Assembly (NCBI GenBank): GCA_002104945.1
Contig: MCFH01000096.1
Coordinates: forward strand, 1-64,000
Direction: 5' to 3'
Length of the DNA stretch: 64,000 nucleotides
Source of the DNA: Piromyces finnis finn
Taxonomy: Eukaryota > Fungi > Neocallimastigomycota
A model generated the notes under the pieces. That model was not told the origin of the DNA. It was given only the letters and a program-made list of their open reading frames with translations, and searched no databases. The translations under genes and the position numbers were made by a program. Shown here piece by piece: positions 57,870-64,000 of this stretch; within the stretch, counting starts at the first letter, position 1, and each line of letters begins with the position of its first letter.

Positions 57870-58724
57870 ATGACTGAAAATAAAAACAATTTTGAAAGAG
57901 CCGCTAGTATGGCTAAAGAAATAAGCCCTCTTGGCAAGAAAGATACTAAGTTCTTCAGATGGAAAATGGAACTTGAAGATATCTTAGAAGACTTAGCTCT
58001 TTCTGAAAAAGAAAAGAAGAGAATTGCTTTGCTTGCTACTACCGGTAACTCAAAGGATCTTTGTAGTGATATTTATTATGAAGATAGATCCCTATCTTAT
58101 AATGAATTTATCAATAAAATATCTAACTTATTTGAGGATGATAAAACCTCTAATAGAAACCTAAATAAGTTAGAAAAAATAAAAGTAAACAAAAGCTCTG
58201 TTAGAGAATTTAACCGTTCTTTTAACGACCTTTTGAAAGAAATTAAAGAAAGGGACAAGCCTTCTGAAGAAAGACTTGTTTTTCTTTATACAAAAGCTTT
58301 TAATAGGAGAACTTCTATATTAAATTCTCTTATTAACAAACAACCAAAAACTTTAAAGGATGCTATGGTCATTGCTATTAAAGCAGATGAGCTTCTATCT
58401 GCTTATGAAAGTGATGATGAATATGTACCCAATAAAAGAACTCAAAACAAAAATAATTATTATAAGAGAAAAATAGAAGTTGAAGATAAAACCTCTTATA
58501 ATAATAACGAAAATAATAGTAGTACTGATAATGAAAAGACTACTAAAGAAGAAGCTAAAGAATCAGATCTGGATGCTTTGACCAAAAGCTTTGCCCAGAT
58601 GAAAATTCATATCTGCCACCGTTGTAACCAGAAAGGACATGATGCCCGCTTCTGCCCAAACGAAATGACCGATGTGAACAAAATCATAGCTACCCTCCTC
58701 AAAACCCAAAACCATTTAAATTAA
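57870..58724 (+). CDS. gag: gag of Gypsy D with CCHC knuckle
   Basis: CHRCNQKGHDARFC; ends HLN* like C. Confidence 0.9.
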   Translation: MTENKNNFERAASMAKEISPLGKKDTKFFRWKMELEDILEDLALSEKEKKRIALLATTGNSKDLCSDIYYEDRSLSYNEFINKISNLFEDDKTSNRNLNKLEKIKVNKSSVREFNRSFNDLLKEIKERDKPSEERLVFLYTKAFNRRTSILNSLINKQPKTLKDAMVIAIKADELLSAYESDDEYVPNKRTQNKNNYYKRKIEVEDKTSYNNNENNSSTDNEKTTKEEAKESDLDALTKSFAQMKIHICHRCNQKGHDARFCPNEMTDVNKIIATLLKTQNHLN

Positions 58725-60712
58725 ATGGGGGAAGTTCTCAATCTTCCCCTTCTAACTCCAAAATTGATAATAACCAAACCCACAACATCAACAACATTAA
58801 TGAGCAAATCTATGTTGATGATACACGTGATTTCCATAAAACAAAAAAATTTCCAAATTCTAAAGAAAAATTCTCTAACCCTTTGGTGGATGATCCAATC
58901 AATGATGATGATAAGGATTACGTTACACGTGATCACGTGACAAATACAGTCGATGATAAGGACATCGAAAACCTTATTTATGCATTCAAGAGAAAAAGTT
59001 CTGAAGAAAGTGATGAAAGTGATGATGAGGATCACGTGACTCAGTCGAAGAAAAAGAAACTTCGAGAAAATCCATTACCAATACACACAAAGGCCACTCA
59101 GATGAAAGAACAGCAAGAAATTCGTAATGAGAAAAATTCAAATTTTCATACCACTACTTCCCGCCTAGACATCTTAGACCCCTCGGTAATTGCAGGCAAG
59201 AATATTTCCTCTGCTAAGATGAAAAATAAAGAAACCAGAAATAAAAGAAGAATTGGTCCAGATATACCAAGTAAACAGGACGAATTAGAAGAAGTTATAG
59301 ATAGCAAAAAGTCTCCCAAAAGCAACTATTATGACTTCCTACGTTCTATTGTCATGTTGGGCAAAAATAAAGAATATAATATTTTTGATGCCCTTAATAA
59401 TACAAATGCTGGTATCTCTTTTGCACAATTGCTTGCAGTCAGTCCTATCATCAGAAGACTTTGTGCCAAAGGTTTAAAGCTTGATCCAAATGACGTTCGG
59501 AAAATAAACGCCATTCAAAATATGGATCTTAATGATGATGATATTAATTCATTTATTAATATCATTAATGAAAATTATAATAATAAAAATAATGAAAACA
59601 ATGATGATGCTGATAATGACAATGATGATGATATTATCAATATAGCAGATAACGAAATTAATGTCATTAATAAAATCAACATTGCTTCTGTCATTGGCTC
59701 AATTGATAATAACATTGTCCGAGTTTTAGTAGATACTGGTTCTGATGTTAATGTTATTACTAAATCCTTCTTTAATTTAATATCAGCAAATCATAATATT
59801 ACACATTTTAAGAGAACTTTCTTTAAATTAGCTAGCAAACAAGTTATTTCAACAAATCAAGCTGTTAATTTAACTCTTAAATTTGGTGATTTAAAAATCT
59901 ATGCATTATTCTGGATTCTAGAAGATGAAGATTCATGTTATGATATTATATTAGGTCGTCAATCTCAAAAGAATCACCGATTATACATTGATCCTGATGA
60001 TGACTCTCTCTACATGAAAACTAATTCATCTCCTATTATGGTTGCTCGTCCCTCAAATTTTAAACAAAATAAAAATAATCTTTCAAATATTTCAATGATT
60101 CATTGTTTCAATCCATCAAATATTAATGAATCTCAATTTAATTCATTTAATAATAATATCAAAATTCAAAATTTTAATTCGACTTTTAACAATAAAAACA
60201 AACTTTTATATTCAATTAAATTTCGACATTTATTCAAATTTAAAAATAAATATTTTTATCCAAAATATCACATTTTTCATTCAAATTTCAGCAAATTTCC
60301 AAAAAGAATTAAAAACGATTCACTTATTAAATTTTCAATTAATAAGTCAAATCTTGTCGGCCGTGATGAAGCAGAAAAAACGCCAATTATTCACGAAAAA
60401 TGCCACAAAATCAAGATATATAAAAATAAAAGTAAAATTCTAAAATATAATCATTTGAATATTAATATTAACAGGAAATTAAAATCAAGAAAAAAGCGAA
60501 ATAAACAAAATGATATAATCAAAAATTCATCAAATAATTCGTTTAAGAATATATATTTCAGTATAATAAAAAGTGTAAAAGAAAGTATTTCAAATTCAAT
60601 TATTTTCAATCTAAAAGATTATATCAAATCAGTAACTTCAATTTTAAAACGACATTATTTCGACATATTAAAATCAAAATTTCATCTATTTTCAAAGTTT
60701 AAAGAAAGATAA
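58715..60712 (+). CDS. -1 frame ORF of D: linker + aspartic protease + low-complexity tail
   Basis: T TTA AAT at 58715-21, hairpin GGGGAAG-8nt-CTTCCCC at 58728-49, frame open into track ORF 58883..60712; VLVDTGSDVNVI, IILGRQ. Confidence 0.85.
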   Translation, partial: FKLNGGSSQSSPSNSKIDNNQTHNINNINEQIYVDDTRDFHKTKKFPNSKEKFSNPLVDDPINDDDKDYVTRDHVTNTVDDKDIENLIYAFKRKSSEESDESDDEDHVTQSKKKKLRENPLPIHTKATQMKEQQEIRNEKNSNFHTTTSRLDILDPSVIAGKNISSAKMKNKETRNKRRIGPDIPSKQDELEEVIDSKKSPKSNYYDFLRSIVMLGKNKEYNIFDALNNTNAGISFAQLLAVSPIIRRLCAKGLKLDPNDVRKINAIQNMDLNDDDINSFINIINENYNNKNNENNDDADNDNDDDIINIADNEINVINKINIASVIGSIDNNIVRVLVDTGSDVNVITKSFFNLISANHNITHFKRTFFKLASKQVISTNQAVNLTLKFGDLKIYALFWILEDEDSCYDIILGRQSQKNHRLYIDPDDDSLYMKTNSSPIMVARPSNFKQNKNNLSNISMIHCFNPSNINESQFNSFNNNIKIQNFNSTFNNKNKLLYSIKFRHLFKFKNKYFYPKYHIFHSNFSKFPKRIKNDSLIKFSINKSNLVGRDEAEKTPIIHEKCHKIKIYKNKSKILKYNHLNININRKLKSRKKRNKQNDIIKNSSNNSFKNIYFSIIKSVKESISNSIIFNLKDYIKSVTSILKRHYFDILKSKFHLFSKFKER

Positions 60713-62192
60713 AACCACATTAAACATTTATATACAAATAATACGACAATTACATTACAAAAATATTTACACTACGACATTTAACAAAATTTCACTTCAT
60801 TTTTTTTATTTCTCTTTGAAAAAAAATTTTATTAATAAAAATTTTCAAATTTTTCATCATTTTTTTTATAAACCTTATTTTATATTATTTTTATCATATA
60901 TATATATATATATATAGAAAAAAAAAAAAAATTAAATTTTTAAATCTTTAGTATAAAAATATCAAAAACTTATATATTTATTATTATTTATGAATATTTT
61001 TATCAGCTACCACTAAGTCGTATCTTAGGGGAGGAAATCTTGATAAATAATAATTATAAATATATTATACATTTGATATTAGTAGAAATTTTTATTATAA
61101 AATAATTATTAAATAATTTTATATAGTTTATTATAAAAATATAATTTACATAAAATCAAATATTTTATAAATTTATATATTTGATTGGGTTAAATTATAA
61201 AAATAATTTTTATTATAAAGAATAATAATAATTTTTAGTAGAAAATGGGAAGACTTAACATATTAATAAGAAGTTGAATTTTTAATAATAGTTAATATAG
61301 TTAGTTAAATAATACATAATAATAATTAAAAGACAAAAATAAGTTTTTATATAATAAAAATTATTGTTAAAAAAAGTATAAAAACAATAAATAAAAGAAA
61401 ATATAAAAACGAAATTAAACTTGTCTAGTTTGTAATTATTGTGTTAATAATAAATAATATTTTATAGAATAAATCTGGTGTTATTATTCTATATAAATAT
61501 TATTAAATAATAAAACTATAAATATTATAAAATATTATAAAATAAATTAAAATAAATAATAAAACAAGTAGATATTGTTAAAGCTCGTACAATAGCTGTC
61601 GAGATAAAACAATATAAGGTAACGAATAAGTAGTTTAAAAAGTTGTAATATAACTACCAATCCGTTATCACAGAAATTGTAAAAGGTTTTTATATATGTT
61701 AGTTAATAAGTTAAATATAACAAGTTAATTAAGTTAGTTATTACCTCTCTATACGAGTTAATAACTAAATAAAGTTTTATAAAAAATAATAAAAGAACTA
61801 AAATAAATATTATAACACAAAAATAAATATAACACAATAAATATTAATATGAAATATTATTTACTTAAATAATTATTATAATTATTATCTTTTATTTATT
61901 AGTTATAATTATATACATTAATTATTATTATAGCTATTAATTTACTTTAATACTAACGCTAAAGTATTTAACGTTAGTTTTGACTATACTATTTAACTAT
62001 ATGAGTTTATTTTCTTTACCACTTGATTGGGTAAAGCAAATAAACTTCCTATTTAATTAATAACCATTAATATATGGTTATGCATATATTTGGCCAATAA
62101 ATGGTGACCAGAATATATGGTTTCAATTGAAATATTTGTGGGCAAACTTATGGCCACAAATATTTCTTACAATGCCCCCCTAAGGAGAAAAC

Positions 62193-64000
62193 CTAGGCAG
62201 GGTTTTGGACACTAACCATGAATTCCTGGTAGCATTTATCTTGAAATTCCTTGAGTAGCTTATCATAGTGGGAGTTCTTGTCAATGATATCGGCATCAAC
62301 CCACTCTTGTCTAAAGTCACTAAAGGTAGCTAAGTATTGGTAGTTATCCTTCTTTCTTCTGGCATTCATGATTTTGATAATTTTCTGGTAGCCCACTGGT
62401 GCAGGTGTTAGTTCTTCAGGTTTGTTATGGTAGGGTTCAAGTTCACTGATATGAAACACAGGGTAGACATTGGGGAAAGGTGACTTGCTGATATCTAACC
62501 GGTAGTTGAACTTGCTTTCATCAATTCCAATAACCTTGAAGGGACCGTACTTTCTTGCTTGTAGCTTGTAGAAGGGAAGAGGGTTGTAATTTTCTGGTTT
62601 TCTTAACCACACCAAATCCAGGAGCCTAATTTTAGGGTAGTTAAGTTCTCTTCTATGGTCCAAATGGTCTAAGAACCGTGTTCTTGATATGTCCAACATG
62701 TGCTTTAAGTTACCTAAGTTGTGAGCGAAGCTATCTAATATAGGAGCTTCACCAAGTGAGTGGACAAGTTCTGAGTCTTGAGGGTTCATATGTACATGGT
62801 AGTTATACAAGGCTAGGAATGGGGACTGCTTAGTAGAACTGTGCACTGCATTATTATAACAGAACTCAGCTAAGTACAAGTACTTCAACCATTCGTCGTC
62901 ATCAAAGGTCTTCACAAAGCATCTAAGGTACATACTTACGTAGGAGTTGTTACGTTCTACCTGACCAACTGTTTCATGATGGCCAGTAGTAGCAAGGTTT
63001 ACTTCTACGCCAAAGAACCCCATAATGTCCTTCCACAACTTACTAGTGAACTGGACACCACGATCCGTAGTAACCGATTTGGGACAACCATGTAACTTGA
63101 ATACATGTTGTAAGTATGCTAAGGCTGTTTCTTTAGCAGTAGGCATACTCCTAAATCCCACTAAGTGTATCATCTTGGTTAACTTATCGCTACAAACCAT
63201 GATACAACCTCTTCTAGTGACTTCTGGGGGTTCTGAGGGACTACTACCTGGTTTTCTACGTTCCTTAATAGGTAGGTCCGTCAGGAAGTCAATTTCTACT
63301 TCTTGCCAAGGTAAGTCTGCAACTTTTACCCTAGCAGCGCTACCGTACGGCTTGTGTCTGTTGTCCTTTTGGGTACAACATATGGTACAAGCTTTAATAT
63401 ATCCCGCAATGTCATCCTTCATTTTTGGCCAGTAGTAGTTTCTGGCTATCAGGTCATAAGTTTTATCTTTTCCCAGATGACCTGCTGTTTCACTATCGTG
63501 GTTAAGTTTTATGATTGTTTCTCTTAACACCTTTGGTACATATGTACGTTCTGGTGCATCCTTTCTAACAATCAACCCATTAACCATCAACCACTTCTTT
63601 TTGATGAGCTTGTGGCCTCTTTTTGCGTCAAGACCATCTCTAATTTCCCTAGCAAGCTCATCCGTGTTGTAAGCTTGTTTCAGTTCTCCTACAAAGCTTA
63701 CTTCTAACACCGCATAGCACTCTTCTTCCACGGGTGGAAATTCTTTTACCTGTTCAGGTCGAAGGAGGCTAGCTTTTTCCATCTCCAGTTGTACCTGTTC
63801 TGGAGATACCATTCTTGATAGGATATCGGCTCTACCATTCATTTTCCCTGGCCGATATATTATTTCGAAGTTGTATGCAGCAAACAGCTCTTGCCATCTT
63901 GCCTGTCTTGCTGTCAACAACTGTGGTTTTGTGGCGAACAGGAGATTCCTATGGTCACTATATACTAGGACCTTATGTTTCGCACCCATTAACAGGTGTC
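62193..64000 (-). CDS. pol: pol C-terminus of Gypsy F (RH end, integrase, GPY/F, chromodomain-like tail); continues beyond the window
   Basis: VYSDHRNL, HDSETAGHLG, YYWP, VEIDF, TDRGVQF, KYGPFK, YQYLATF...EWV. Confidence 0.93.
   Translation of the reverse strand, partial: HLLMGAKHKVLVYSDHRNLLFATKPQLLTARQARWQELFAAYNFEIIYRPGKMNGRADILSRMVSPEQVQLEMEKASLLRPEQVKEFPPVEEECYAVLEVSFVGELKQAYNTDELAREIRDGLDAKRGHKLIKKKWLMVNGLIVRKDAPERTYVPKVLRETIIKLNHDSETAGHLGKDKTYDLIARNYYWPKMKDDIAGYIKACTICCTQKDNRHKPYGSAARVKVADLPWQEVEIDFLTDLPIKERRKPGSSPSEPPEVTRRGCIMVCSDKLTKMIHLVGFRSMPTAKETALAYLQHVFKLHGCPKSVTTDRGVQFTSKLWKDIMGFFGVEVNLATTGHHETVGQVERNNSYVSMYLRCFVKTFDDDEWLKYLYLAEFCYNNAVHSSTKQSPFLALYNYHVHMNPQDSELVHSLGEAPILDSFAHNLGNLKHMLDISRTRFLDHLDHRRELNYPKIRLLDLVWLRKPENYNPLPFYKLQARKYGPFKVIGIDESKFNYRLDISKSPFPNVYPVFHISELEPYHNKPEELTPAPVGYQKIIKIMNARRKKDNYQYLATFSDFRQEWVDADIIDKNSHYDKLLKEFQDKCYQEFMVSVQNPA

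Larger units (their letters stand above)
57139..61670 (+). mobile_element. Gypsy D: non-autonomous Gag-protease-only element
   Basis: LTRs 57139-57769 and 61041-61670 (one A-run indel seen), TIR TGATAA/TTATCA, PBS TGGTGGAGAAC at 57772, PPT GGGGAGGAAAT; no RT/RH/IN motifs. Confidence 0.9.
55614..62171 (-). repeat. 3' LTR of Gypsy F, split (55614-55668 + 61673-62171) by D'/H/D and cut by A3
   Basis: Follows PPT GGGGGGCAT (62172-80) on minus; both pieces match 42970-43520. Confidence 0.75.

Noticed and set aside
61670-61800. Pol III boxes explaining the D/D' stack
   Set aside because: No GTTCRA-type B-box within range on either side.
1-64000. Hammerhead ribozymes
   Set aside because: The CTGATGA hits I noticed lie within coding sequence and lack the stems and GAAA core; a covariance-model scan would be needed to exclude them fully.

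Overview
An extremely AT-rich eukaryotic window with no recognisable host protein-coding gene. An anaerobic gut fungus (Neocallimastigomycota) is my best guess from composition and TE content; this is inference only. The host features are three tRNA genes: a tandem Ser(GCT)-Met(CAT) pair at 21322-21486 and Cys(GCA) at 35627-35698. Almost everything else is nested LTR retrotransposons. There are at least six Ty3/Gypsy families (working names A-F), three Ty1/Copia elements and several solo LTRs (X, S, G, H, C', D'), plus a ~5.2-kb inverted duplication (1-5219 vs 8848-14067). Termini, target-site duplications (TSDs), primer sites and frameshift signals were read by hand. The most striking result is a possible Pol III landing-pad system. 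A 427-bp solo LTR (S) carries a tRNA-type A-box/B-box at canonical spacing but no cloverleaf. Its second copy has been hit, 22 nt upstream of the A-box, by two stacked C-clade Gypsy insertions. The same family sits 24 nt upstream of the A-box of the real tRNA-Ser, in the same orientation, where elements are stacked sharing one 4-bp TSD. Also seen: Tf1-like self-priming PBSs (A, B), half-tRNA-Lys-type PBSs with CUU/UUU variants (Copia-1/-2), tRNA-Ala PBSs (C, D), -1 frameshift heptamers abutting every Gypsy gag stop, and a young Gag-protease-only element (D). Family names are my own labels, and novelty cannot be confirmed without database searches.
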